This document shows, piece by piece, positions 30,015 through 37,884 of a DNA stretch of 64,000 nucleotides (position 1 is the first letter of the stretch; every line of letters begins with the position of its first letter). This DNA is from a virus. Below the pieces are notes generated by a model. That model did no database searches. It saw nothing but the letters and a program-made list of their open reading frames with translations, and was not told the DNA's origin. Location: the IMG/VR virus record IMGVR_UViG_3300042924_005659; one strand, given 5' to 3'. Both the position numbers and the translations under genes were made by a program.

Positions 30015-30220
30015 TGGAGTCGACGGGAGTTGAACCCGCATATGATTGTATAGAACAAGGTTCTTCCGAAGGAACACTGACATAGATGACAGCACGGTGA
30101 TAATGCTGGTCTTCCATATTCCGCGATAAAATATGGAATAGTCATACAATGCTTTGATCTTTGCAATCATATCTTTCGATACTTCGTAATATCGAGACAG
30201 CAACCGGCTGTAGCGACCCC
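30015..30220 (-). ncRNA. 206-nt tRNA/tmRNA-like RNA with alanine-type acceptor stem
   Basis: GGGGTCG/CGACTCC-A acceptor (G3-U70, A73); T-arm GCGGG-TTCAACT-CCCGT; 9-bp long-range helix ATATGATTG/CAATCATAT; internal hairpins. Confidence 0.65.
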
Positions 30221-30226
30221 ATGAAA

Positions 30227-30313
30227 CGGACAGGGTGGGATTCGAACCCACGGTAGGATTGCTCCTACACAGCATTTCCAATGCTGCTCCTTCAACCGCT
30301 CGGACACCTGTCC
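30227..30313 (-). tRNA. tRNA-Ser (GGA)
   Basis: GGACAGG/CCTGTCC acceptor; anticodon arm CAGCA-TTGGAAA-TGCTG; long variable arm; TTCGAAT T-loop. Confidence 0.93.
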
Positions 30314-30375
30314 AAACCGCAGGCCTGGAGCAGCGCAGAGCATACTCCAGGCCTGGGTAACACGCCCGCACGCTC

Positions 30376-30627
30376 TCAGCGGGGCTTGGTGGAGGAGCAG
30401 CGGCTGATGCGATCGTCCTGATCAGCGACTACTCTCTCGATTTCGTCTGTACGACGCAGCGTGTCTCGGCGCAGGTCTTCAACTGCTTCCCACAGGTCCC
30501 TACGAACGGACTCAAACTCCCCCTCTTGTGCCTTACGGGCAGCCTTGGAAAGCTCGTGCCAGTAGAGAGCGCCCATGATTGCAGTGGTGCAGGCAAATGC
30601 GATTACGGCGATTTCGGTAAATGTCAT
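30376..30627 (-). CDS. Membrane-anchored hypothetical protein
   Basis: N-terminal hydrophobic helix plus coiled coil. Confidence 0.55.
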   Translation of the reverse strand: MTFTEIAVIAFACTTAIMGALYWHELSKAARKAQEGEFESVRRDLWEAVEDLRRDTLRRTDEIERVVADQDDRISRCSSTKPR

Positions 30628-30702
30628 TCGATTCCTTTTCTTAGGTTTCAGTCGCGAAGTGCGACCCTACAGGGTCGCAGTCTAGCAAAGAAACTTCAAG
30701 TG

Positions 30703-31062
30703 TCAAACAAGAGCGTAATGTGATTTACGAGCGCATTCTGTACATAGCACTCGCAACCATTTATTTCTTTTGTGCATTGCGCTGGGATAGTAACCGCAGT
30801 CCTGGCAGGTTCTGGAAGCCTGTAGGGAGAACCCCTTTACAATGTTTACAGATATCAACGTAGGATTAACCAACTTTACATCCAGGGTTCCGTACAACTC
30901 CTTCATGCTTTGCACGGTGAAATCTCTGGAGACTAGCTGCTGCTGTCTAAGAGTATTGAACTCATGTAGCAGATCTATTCCCAGCATTACCCAGCCTTTT
31001 GGAAGCTGAATGTTCATCACGTCTACAAAGTCATAATTGGGATAAATTGGGAATGGTTGCAT
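30703..31062 (-). CDS. Hypothetical protein with C-terminal Zn-finger
   Basis: TCQDCG...VLCTEC. Confidence 0.55.
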   Translation of the reverse strand: MQPFPIYPNYDFVDVMNIQLPKGWVMLGIDLLHEFNTLRQQQLVSRDFTVQSMKELYGTLDVKLVNPTLISVNIVKGFSLQASRTCQDCGYYPSAMHKRNKWLRVLCTECARKSHYALV

Positions 31063-31094
31063 GGTGCTAATCAGCGGTAGATTATGTTAACGCG

Positions 31095-31277
31095 TTAAAG
31101 CACCTTTTGCAGTAGACGAGAAATGGTGTGCAGCAGAGACCAGATCAGCAGGCCAAGCATGGCCCACCAACCTCCTTGCCACATCAAAGCCACAGGAATG
31201 GCCAATAGGACCAGTACAAGGGCCAGTAGACCCACAATCATGGTAACGGCAAGCAGCGCCGCAAGCCAGCCTCTCAT
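31095..31277 (-). CDS. Small two-helix membrane protein
   Basis: Start re-assigned to MRGWLAA (ATGA overlap); highly hydrophobic. Confidence 0.55.
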   Translation of the reverse strand: MRGWLAALLAVTMIVGLLALVLVLLAIPVALMWQGGWWAMLGLLIWSLLHTISRLLQKVL

Positions 31278-31549
31278 AGGACTGTAGACCGCAGTTTCTT
31301 TGCAGCTGTCTTTAGTGCAGCAATTTGCCTTAGAGTGTCCTTGTGCATTGTTTTCTTTGGTGACCATTCTTGCTCCAACAATACTACTAGCGCTTCGTAG
31401 GTGTTTATCAGCTTCTCCAAACGCTCTATCTCTGCCAGCGAGCGCATGTTTATCTCGACAACGCGCTGCTCGAACACCGGGGTAGGTACTCCTTTGTATC
31501 CAGGGACTGGTTTTACTAGAGTTACTTTAAGTTCTTTCTTTTTAGGCAT
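31274..31549 (-). CDS. Hypothetical protein
   Basis: Start re-assigned to MPKKKELK. Confidence 0.55.
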   Translation of the reverse strand: MPKKKELKVTLVKPVPGYKGVPTPVFEQRVVEINMRSLAEIERLEKLINTYEALVVLLEQEWSPKKTMHKDTLRQIAALKTAAKKLRSTVL

Positions 31550-31586
31550 TTGATACCTAGGGGAAAAGCAGGCAGGTAAGCTCTGC

Positions 31587-31865
31587 TTAAACAACTACAT
31601 CCGATAAGGCACTGGGATTGGCATAAGGCCCCAGATACTCCATTACCGGATGACTTTTTATTCCAATTGTAATTTTCATGTGCTCGACCACTCTTATCAA
31701 CCAACGCCAGTCTGTGCTCTCCAGGACTAGTTTGTATGTGTCGTCTTCAAGCTGCTCAACGTAGACCACGCTGGGCCAGTTGGGCTTTTGATCTTTGTTC
31801 AAGCACGCTTTACTGACCAGCACGGTCATTCGAAACGGCTTTTGTTTCTTTATTTTTGGTTTCAT
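31587..31865 (-). CDS. Hypothetical protein
   Basis: Start re-assigned to MKPKIKK, immediately after tRNA-Leu. Confidence 0.5.
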   Translation of the reverse strand: MKPKIKKQKPFRMTVLVSKACLNKDQKPNWPSVVYVEQLEDDTYKLVLESTDWRWLIRVVEHMKITIGIKSHPVMEYLGPYANPSALSDVVV

Positions 31866-31867
31866 AA

Positions 31868-31952
31868 TGGCTTTGGTGGGAATCGAACCCACACGCCTTT
31901 AGAGGGCGTCGGATTTTGAATCCGATGCGTCTGCCAGTTCCGCCACAAAGCC
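31868..31952 (-). tRNA. tRNA-Leu (CAA)
   Basis: GGCTTTG/CAAAGCC acceptor; TCGGA-TTCAAAA-TCCGA. Confidence 0.93.
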
Positions 31953-31955
31953 TAA

Positions 31956-32037
31956 TGCCCTGAGTGGGAATCGAACCCACACGCCTTTCGGCTGCAGATT
32001 TTAAGTCTGCTACGTCTGCCAGTTTCGTCATCAGGGC
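31956..32037 (-). tRNA. tRNA-Leu (TAA)
   Basis: GCCCTGA/TCAGGGC acceptor; GCAGA-CTTAAAA-TCTGC. Confidence 0.93.
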
Positions 32038-32098
32038 GGGACAGGTATTATGGCTGGTCCTTAAACACATAATACCTGCGAGGCCAACACGACCTCAA

Positions 32099-32171
32099 TG
32101 CGCTCGGTGGGACTTGAACCCACGACTTACGGATTAAAAGTCCGCTACTCTACCAACTGAGTTACGAGCGC
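32099..32171 (-). tRNA. tRNA-Lys (TTT)
   Basis: GCGCTCG/CGAGCGC acceptor; GCGGA-CTTTTAA-TCCGT. Confidence 0.94.
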
Positions 32172-32177
32172 AACTTG

Positions 32178-32840
32178 TCATTTACGCCGGGGCAGTACAT
32201 ATGCACCTATGCCATCCACTCGATCCTTTGAAGTATAGGACCGGTATTCGACATCATGCATGTGTTTTGTAACTATGTCAAGCGATGGATTCCGAACATC
32301 GTATTTTTCATCGACCGCCACCTTGGCGATCATATGATCGCATCTCGGTATGCCCAACGGAAAGTTGGCGTTCTTAATTCTGCACGGTCCACGCCACACC
32401 CAGGTGTCCTGACAGTACTTGCCCAGGGGATCTAGAGACCAAAGGCCTTCGTAGGCAGAAGGTATCCATCGGGTGAGACAGAGAAACATGTCTCCAGTTA
32501 CGTATTGGTCGAGTTCTTCCAACACATCAGGCTCTATCAGTATGTCTGAGTTTGCCAGAATGTACAAATCTTCCGTCGTACCCCGATTAGAATAATCAAA
32601 GAAGTCCTGATAGGTCGGGCGAACACTTGATTCCGCGAGCCGTACACATCCAACTTTTTGTTTTCTAATTTCAGAAAAACGAACATAGGCCTCAGGAGTA
32701 AACTCGCTAAAGAGCACTAATTCTGCGGTTGGATTGGATGAAAAACAGCTTCTGCTGTTTTTTGTCAAACACTTTCCAAGTTCGTCATAGCGATCGGGAT
32801 TCGGACAGTCGTACCAGAATGGCGTCATAAAGTAAATCAT
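32178..32840 (-). CDS. Glycosyltransferase-like protein (GT-A-like)
   Basis: YILANSDILI, LCLTRW, QDTWVW, GIPRCDH motifs like those of viral GT-like ORFs. Confidence 0.5.
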   Translation of the reverse strand: MIYFMTPFWYDCPNPDRYDELGKCLTKNSRSCFSSNPTAELVLFSEFTPEAYVRFSEIRKQKVGCVRLAESSVRPTYQDFFDYSNRGTTEDLYILANSDILIEPDVLEELDQYVTGDMFLCLTRWIPSAYEGLWSLDPLGKYCQDTWVWRGPCRIKNANFPLGIPRCDHMIAKVAVDEKYDVRNPSLDIVTKHMHDVEYRSYTSKDRVDGIGAYVLPRRK

Positions 32841-33184
32841 GATTCAAAGACTATGGTCACATAGTCTGCCTTCTTAAGGACGATCTCGGTCCACCTAGGC
32901 GCATTGATTTCCTTGGAGTTCTTGACCCCCATAAATATCGCTTTTCCGCAAACCTGGTAGCTGACTCCTCTGCATATCAGCATCAGCTTACTAGCCAGTT
33001 CGTTGTGTTTTCCAGGCTCGTCTTTTTCCGGCACAAACATCATCAGGCCATCTCCCAGGTCTATGGCCATCGGCCAGGATTCCAGAATAGACGGTATCTC
33101 TGCGGTGTTAATCGAGGTTCTCTCCACCTTTTGAACCGAGTCTTTGCCGGCGGGATGAAGTATGACTACTTCTAACTTTTTCAT
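32837..33184 (-). CDS. Hypothetical protein
   Basis: Start re-assigned to MKKLEVVILHP. Confidence 0.5.
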   Translation of the reverse strand: MKKLEVVILHPAGKDSVQKVERTSINTAEIPSILESWPMAIDLGDGLMMFVPEKDEPGKHNELASKLMLICRGVSYQVCGKAIFMGVKNSKEINAPRWTEIVLKKADYVTIVFES

Positions 33185-33362
33185 CTGTGCTGTCCTACGA
33201 AGAAGGTGTCCAGAGTCTTGTAATACGCAGTCCAGAACAGCTTGGGCTGCATCCAATTTGGAGTGTGGGCCAGCCACCACTCCATTACGAATTCTATTTT
33301 TCTTAGCATTTGAAAAGGGCCTGGCCACTTTTGAAGTGTGACCAGGCCCCATGAAAGAGGAA

Positions 33363-33436
<74 letters not shown>

Positions 33437-33443
33437 TCCTTGT

Positions 33444-33983
33444 TTAGCTGCTGCAGAGTTCTAGGACTGGAGCCAGCTTGCCCCACTTGATTCTGCGCTT
33501 CAGGAACTTGTACAGGGCCCAGGTGACCCTGCAGTCCTGCATGCAGTAGGAAGCCATCTTAGGGGATTGACGACTCCAGTCAATAGGAGGTTTGTCCTTG
33601 TGCACTCCTAGTCTATAGCCCCAGGCTTCCAGAGAGTTAGACAACTTACGATCGGGATTCCGGATTCGTTTTTCCCGAAATCCATTTGGAAACATCGACT
33701 TAGCCCGACGGTAAGTGCAGAACACCCGGGGAGTTTTCAAAGTTTTCTGTGTCCAGGTCTGCAGAACGTTGACGTCGAACTCCGCATTATGGGCGATGAT
33801 CTCGTCTGCGGTGTACACCATCCACATTCCGAATGACAGATTGTCGCCTTCGAAGGTGTATTCGTATCCGGTGTCTGCATCAATGGCGCACAGGCAATGC
33901 AGCTTGGTAAGAGAGGATCGGTCTCCCTTGTTCCAGGCATTGAAGTCGATGGCGTTGGTCTCGGTGTCTATCACCAGCTTCAT
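33444..33983 (-). CDS. Stand-alone DEDDy 3'-5' exonuclease (family-A polymerase proofreading-like domain)
   Basis: ExoI VIDTET, ExoII AHNAEFD, SLEAWGYRLG, ExoIII YCMQD. Confidence 0.8.
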   Translation of the reverse strand: MKLVIDTETNAIDFNAWNKGDRSSLTKLHCLCAIDADTGYEYTFEGDNLSFGMWMVYTADEIIAHNAEFDVNVLQTWTQKTLKTPRVFCTYRRAKSMFPNGFREKRIRNPDRKLSNSLEAWGYRLGVHKDKPPIDWSRQSPKMASYCMQDCRVTWALYKFLKRRIKWGKLAPVLELCSS

Positions 33984-34000
33984 GACGGTCCTTTCTTGAA

Positions 34001-34072
34001 AGCGGACGACGGGATTCGAACCCGCAACAGCTAGCTTGGAAGGCTAGCACTCTACCGTTGAGTTACATCCGC
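34001..34072 (-). tRNA. tRNA-Gly (TCC)
   Basis: GCGGATG/CGTCCGC acceptor; CTAGC-CTTCCAA-GCTAG; U73. Confidence 0.93.
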
Positions 34073-34172
34073 AAAAGCCGATTATTCCAGTTCGGCAAAC
34101 ACTGGCAGTACGCCTTGTCGTATGCTGCGCTGCAGGGCATCTAGAACCCATACAGACATCTTCAGGGCAGCC

Positions 34173-34523
34173 TTAGCCTCTTATAGCGGTCTTGTCGCAT
34201 GCCGCAGATGCATGCAGACCGGCCGGACTATCTGGATAGCTGAGCTCGGCATCTCCAGACGCATTACCCTCAGGTTGATGTTCGCTTATGTAGAACTGAA
34301 TTCTAGCGAATCCCGGCACCAGGCTTTCGGCCTGCCGATCCACCACTTTGTAGGAGAGGTGCTTTTTCCCTGCCCAGCACTTCCACCGGTACGGTTCGGA
34401 TATATAGTACCTGTGTGCGGAGAACAGCTGCCTGAACTGCCACAAGGCCTCCTCCAAAGCCTGTTGTTCTGTATCGAACAGCACTGGCCAAACCCATACG
34501 CCCATCTTCAGTTGATACTTCAT
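34173..34523 (-). CDS. Hypothetical protein
   Basis: Start re-assigned to MKYQLKMG, directly after the tRNA. Confidence 0.45.
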   Translation of the reverse strand: MKYQLKMGVWVWPVLFDTEQQALEEALWQFRQLFSAHRYYISEPYRWKCWAGKKHLSYKVVDRQAESLVPGFARIQFYISEHQPEGNASGDAELSYPDSPAGLHASAACDKTAIRG

Positions 34524-34526
34524 GAA

Positions 34527-34624
34527 TGCACCCGGTGGGATTCGAACCCACATTATCCGGCTTATCTGGCCGGTGCTTTAACCTGATTATAAGGCAGGCT
34601 GCTTAACCATTTAGCTACGGGTGC
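34527..34624 (-). tRNA. Atypical tRNA-Ile with two anticodon-like arms (TAT and GAT), 98 nt
   Basis: GCACCCG/CGGGTGC-A acceptor; T-arm GTGGG-TTCGAAT-CCCAC; arms GCCTGC-CTTATAA-TCAGGT and CCGGC-CAGATAA-GCCGG. Confidence 0.75.
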
Positions 34625-34631
34625 TAAAAGA

Positions 34632-35078
34632 TTAGCTAGGCTGCGAGGCTATGAACTCGCATTGGACCTGATGTATTTGCTGCGCTAGATGCTCTAGCTG
34701 CTGCAATACATAGGTCCGAGTTCTGAAACGGTGTGCTCCGGACAACTTAATGTCCAGAGCTGCCTTGGGGTAGTAGTTGAAGCTGAAGCAACCCATGCCT
34801 GTACGATAGTCACAGCTATGGGCGCAGTCAAACCCCAACTCCCAATTTCCATCAACAAGACTTGGTTCGCTGTAGGTGATCCCCCCGTGGACCTCGAACA
34901 TGTACTCCAAGGTCTGCTCTTTATCGTGCTTGATCGTCTGGAAGAGCCCGTGGTCTGCAGGAACAGTGAGATATCCGCAGTAATGGCCGAATGCGTTGAA
35001 GCTGACTCTACCCAGATAGATCCACTCTCTGCCGGCTGGATCAGTGTGCGTCACGGCAAAGGTTGCAACCGTGCCCAT
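34632..35078 (-). CDS. Conserved phage hypothetical protein
   Basis: GHYCGY...HG...VHGGITYS...LGFDCAH motif. Confidence 0.65.
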   Translation of the reverse strand: MGTVATFAVTHTDPAGREWIYLGRVSFNAFGHYCGYLTVPADHGLFQTIKHDKEQTLEYMFEVHGGITYSEPSLVDGNWELGFDCAHSCDYRTGMGCFSFNYYPKAALDIKLSGAHRFRTRTYVLQQLEHLAQQIHQVQCEFIASQPS

Positions 35079-35150
35079 AAATGCTCCTTTTTGAGTGCGA
35101 AAGACTGTACTTAGTTATTGTAACTAGGTATAGGCCTTTATTTAGTTATG

Positions 35151-35183
35151 AAAACCCCCGTTAGTTTTGAGGCTAACGGGGGT
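35151..35183 (-). terminator. Rho-independent terminator ending the 35-49 kb operon
   Basis: ACCCCCGTTAG-CCTCAAAA-CTAACGGGGGT followed by TTT on - strand. Confidence 0.75.
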
Positions 35184-35204
35184 CTAAGGATGCGTTCAGT
35201 ACAC

Positions 35205-35609
35205 TCAGTCTTTGGCTTTGGTGGGCTTGTTATCCATCATACTTAGTAGTTTGTCTACAAGCAAGTAGCCGCCTACTCCTCCACCGCCTGCTCCCACCAA
35301 ACCTCCCAAAGCGCCATAAGTAGCAACATCCTTTACTCTATTGCTGATATCGGTGCTTAGTCCGTACAACGCATTGGTAGTACCTGCTCCAAGAGCTGCT
35401 CCATTCCACGCACCCAAAAGAGCGCCTACGTCAGCACCTAGGCCTTTTGCAGCGCCTCTAAGTATCCTGGACATGCGAACCTTGTCCTCAGGAGCAGTCA
35501 GGCCGTGAGCCAACGCACTGATGGTAGTGGCTATCAAAGCCTGCTTGGTAAAGTCGCTTTGAGTCTGGTGTGCCTTAAGGGCCTGAAGATTGTTCGCCAG
35601 TTTAATCAT
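35205..35609 (-). CDS. Glycine-zipper membrane protein (putative virion)
   Basis: GxxxG-rich helices; N-terminus MIKLANNL. Confidence 0.65.
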   Translation of the reverse strand: MIKLANNLQALKAHQTQSDFTKQALIATTISALAHGLTAPEDKVRMSRILRGAAKGLGADVGALLGAWNGAALGAGTTNALYGLSTDISNRVKDVATYGALGGLVGAGGGGVGGYLLVDKLLSMMDNKPTKAKD

Positions 35610-36133
35610 TCTTCTTGTGCGTACATGTCCGGATTGAGGTAGGGCATCTCCAATCCGCTTGCTGCGCCTCCGCCTGCTCCAAGCAGAGCTCCAAGGCCAA
35701 GACCGATCAGGGCCTTATCTACTCCGGGAGTTCCGCCCTGACCTTCCATAGCATCAAGGCCTAAACCAGCCAGTGCGCCTATTGGAGCTGCTGTGAAGCC
35801 TCCCTTCAATGCGCCCATCAAAGCTCTTCTCAAATAGTTTGGTTTATCAGAACGAGTAATGATGTCTTCGTTTTCGTAACCCGCCAGAGCATTACCTAAG
35901 GCTCCGCCGACACCGCCAATTAAACCGCCTGCTCCTGCACCCAGTAAGCCCGTCGCCAATGCGTTCGGCACATTGCCAGACGAACCAGCTGCGCCAAGCA
36001 GAGCACCATATAGGCCTCCAGCTAAAGCTCCGCCGCCACCGCCAACTAGGGCGCCTCTAGCAAGACGCTTTTTATAATCTACTTCGCGAGCAGCCTGTTT
36101 AAATGAAGGAACGTAATGAGAGTATGGTGTCAT
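35606..36133 (-). CDS. Glycine-zipper membrane protein (putative virion)
   Basis: Multiple GxxxG helices; N-terminus MTPYSHYVPSFKQAA. Confidence 0.7.
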   Translation of the reverse strand: MTPYSHYVPSFKQAAREVDYKKRLARGALVGGGGGALAGGLYGALLGAAGSSGNVPNALATGLLGAGAGGLIGGVGGALGNALAGYENEDIITRSDKPNYLRRALMGALKGGFTAAPIGALAGLGLDAMEGQGGTPGVDKALIGLGLGALLGAGGGAASGLEMPYLNPDMYAQEE

Positions 36134-36146
36134 GCTTAATATCCTT

Positions 36147-37238
36147 TTATTGAGTTAGAGATGAATTATAGCTATTAGCGTTATTTCTAGCTAATGTGCC
36201 AGCTGGTGGCTTAGGCCCTAGAGTGGAAGTTAGTCCATAGTGCGTAGCAATTGGAGCAAAGTCATCTCCATAATAGTTTCTCATACTGGCATAGAATCGC
36301 GAGTTATTGACGGCGTCTTGCGCAGACTGCACCGCATTAGGAGAATATGCGGCAGTTGGCAATTGTGTCATAGCCTGCTGTACGGTTCCCTGTATAGCTC
36401 CAGGTATGGACTTTAACTGGTTTATGGCGCCGTAGCCCAGAGTCTTGCCTACAGCCCCTATAGGACCAGAGGATAAAACTTTGGCTGCTTCTGTAGCGGC
36501 AGTAAAGGCATTATGCGGTTTAGGACTGCCCATGGAACTGGCGAATCTTGCATCTATGGGATTGCTGCCACCTTGACGATATATGTAGTGGTAGGGGCTG
36601 GAGAGATATTCTTTTCCAGCGTGCAAAACTCCGCCCCAGCCCATCTTGTAGGCCAGTCTATATGCATCTTCAGGAGAGTATCCAGCGTCTAATAAAGACT
36701 GTATGGCCTCGACTTGGTAGTTATTTATATTCTGCACTGCTGAAGCCGCTGCACCAATAGTATCTCCAATTACTTTAGGTACGGTTAAAGCAGCAGCAGG
36801 ACGTGCTACAGTTTTAAATACTTGTCCTGCCCTAGCTGCCGTAGGCAGGGCATAGCGAGCAGCCCCTGTAGGCGCTGCTACAAAGCGAAGAGCATGTGGG
36901 GCTACGGGAGCTGCAAGGGCCAATCCTGCTCCTCCAGCTGCAGCTCCGCTGACTCCCAAAGACGCAGCTGCTGCATCTAACAGAGGGTCTTTATATTGAA
37001 GCTCTAGCTGATTTGGACCTGGTAGCGCGTTGTATACTCGACGTACAGTATCTACCCATGGGGAATCATCAGCATAATCTGAGCCAATACGCCCACCGGT
37101 CCAGTAGTGTGCTGCTCCACTAAATGGCTCTACCAGCTGAGAACCAAATGCCTTTACACCTTCCCATAAAGGATTCTCCTCCGCACGCTTGATGCGGAAG
37201 GAGTGCAAGGCAGAAAGATTGTTGGCCAACTTTATCAT
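36147..37238 (-). CDS. Ala/Gly-rich putative internal virion protein
   Basis: N-terminus MIKLANNL...KRA; shares ELQYxDPLLD with 46665-48635. Confidence 0.65.
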   Translation of the reverse strand: MIKLANNLSALHSFRIKRAEENPLWEGVKAFGSQLVEPFSGAAHYWTGGRIGSDYADDSPWVDTVRRVYNALPGPNQLELQYKDPLLDAAAASLGVSGAAAGGAGLALAAPVAPHALRFVAAPTGAARYALPTAARAGQVFKTVARPAAALTVPKVIGDTIGAAASAVQNINNYQVEAIQSLLDAGYSPEDAYRLAYKMGWGGVLHAGKEYLSSPYHYIYRQGGSNPIDARFASSMGSPKPHNAFTAATEAAKVLSSGPIGAVGKTLGYGAINQLKSIPGAIQGTVQQAMTQLPTAAYSPNAVQSAQDAVNNSRFYASMRNYYGDDFAPIATHYGLTSTLGPKPPAGTLARNNANSYNSSLTQ

Positions 37239-37882
37239 TATTCAAATTTGTTGTATTTATCTATTATAGCTTTAAACTTAGGATTTTTCATGGCGCGCTG
37301 CTTGGCAACATGTTGGCCAGCCAGACTGCCTAGTAACGATGCCAAGCTTGCTGCAGCTCCACCCTCAAGAATTGGAGTAAGCGTCTTGCCAAATCTATCA
37401 TGACCAGCAAGATAGCCGGCGCCTCCAGCACCTAGTCCAGCAAGCAAAGCTGCAGTAATCCCCCAGTTTCTACCAGAGCGATTTATATCATTTAGCAGTT
37501 GCTTTTCTGTTTTATTAAAAGTATTTAAAGCAGCATCGACTCGTTCTCGCTCTTTGGAGAACAGATGTAGTTGGCCCAACAGTTTACCTATACCTAAACC
37601 TGCAAACATGCCGGCAGGCCCTGCAGTCAATCCACCTATGGCAGCACTAGGCAAACCGTAGGCTCCTTGATAAAGAGCGGTATCTCCAAGCTCCCACAGT
37701 CTTTGTTTGTTTAAAAGCGTAGGCCCAAAGAACTGCTGTTTAAGATCTTCGTATCCTCTGAACGGAGTTTGTTCGGGGCTGTGATCCTGTACCGCTACTG
37801 TTTCAAGTACATCTCCTGGCAGATGAGATAACTGAGCTACCTGTTCTACAGCTTTGGAGATGTTGTTAGGCTTCTTGGCCAC
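37238..37882 (-). CDS. Glycine-zipper membrane protein
   Basis: AAIGGLTAGPAGMFAGLGIG; AGLGAGGAG; hydrophobic helices. Confidence 0.65.
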   Translation of the reverse strand: MAKKPNNISKAVEQVAQLSHLPGDVLETVAVQDHSPEQTPFRGYEDLKQQFFGPTLLNKQRLWELGDTALYQGAYGLPSAAIGGLTAGPAGMFAGLGIGKLLGQLHLFSKERERVDAALNTFNKTEKQLLNDINRSGRNWGITAALLAGLGAGGAGYLAGHDRFGKTLTPILEGGAAASLASLLGSLAGQHVAKQRAMKNPKFKAIIDKYNKFE

Positions 37883-37884
37883 GA

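Noticed and set aside
30015-30220. Calling this a second functional tmRNA
   Set aside because: No GAUUCGAC-type 5' D-loop motif and no tag frame ending in AA-stop inside the element; kept only as tmRNA-like
29921-30371. ORFs 30000-30371 and 29921-30166
   Set aside because: They overlap tRNA-Ser and the structured tRNA-like RNAs; no RBS or protein motifs
32040-32098. 11-bp hairpin CAGGTATTATG/CATAATACCTG between tRNA-Lys and tRNA-Leu; similar 11-bp hairpin at 30320-30355
   Set aside because: Single hairpins in tRNA spacers are most simply processing or termination structures; nothing supports an independent RNA
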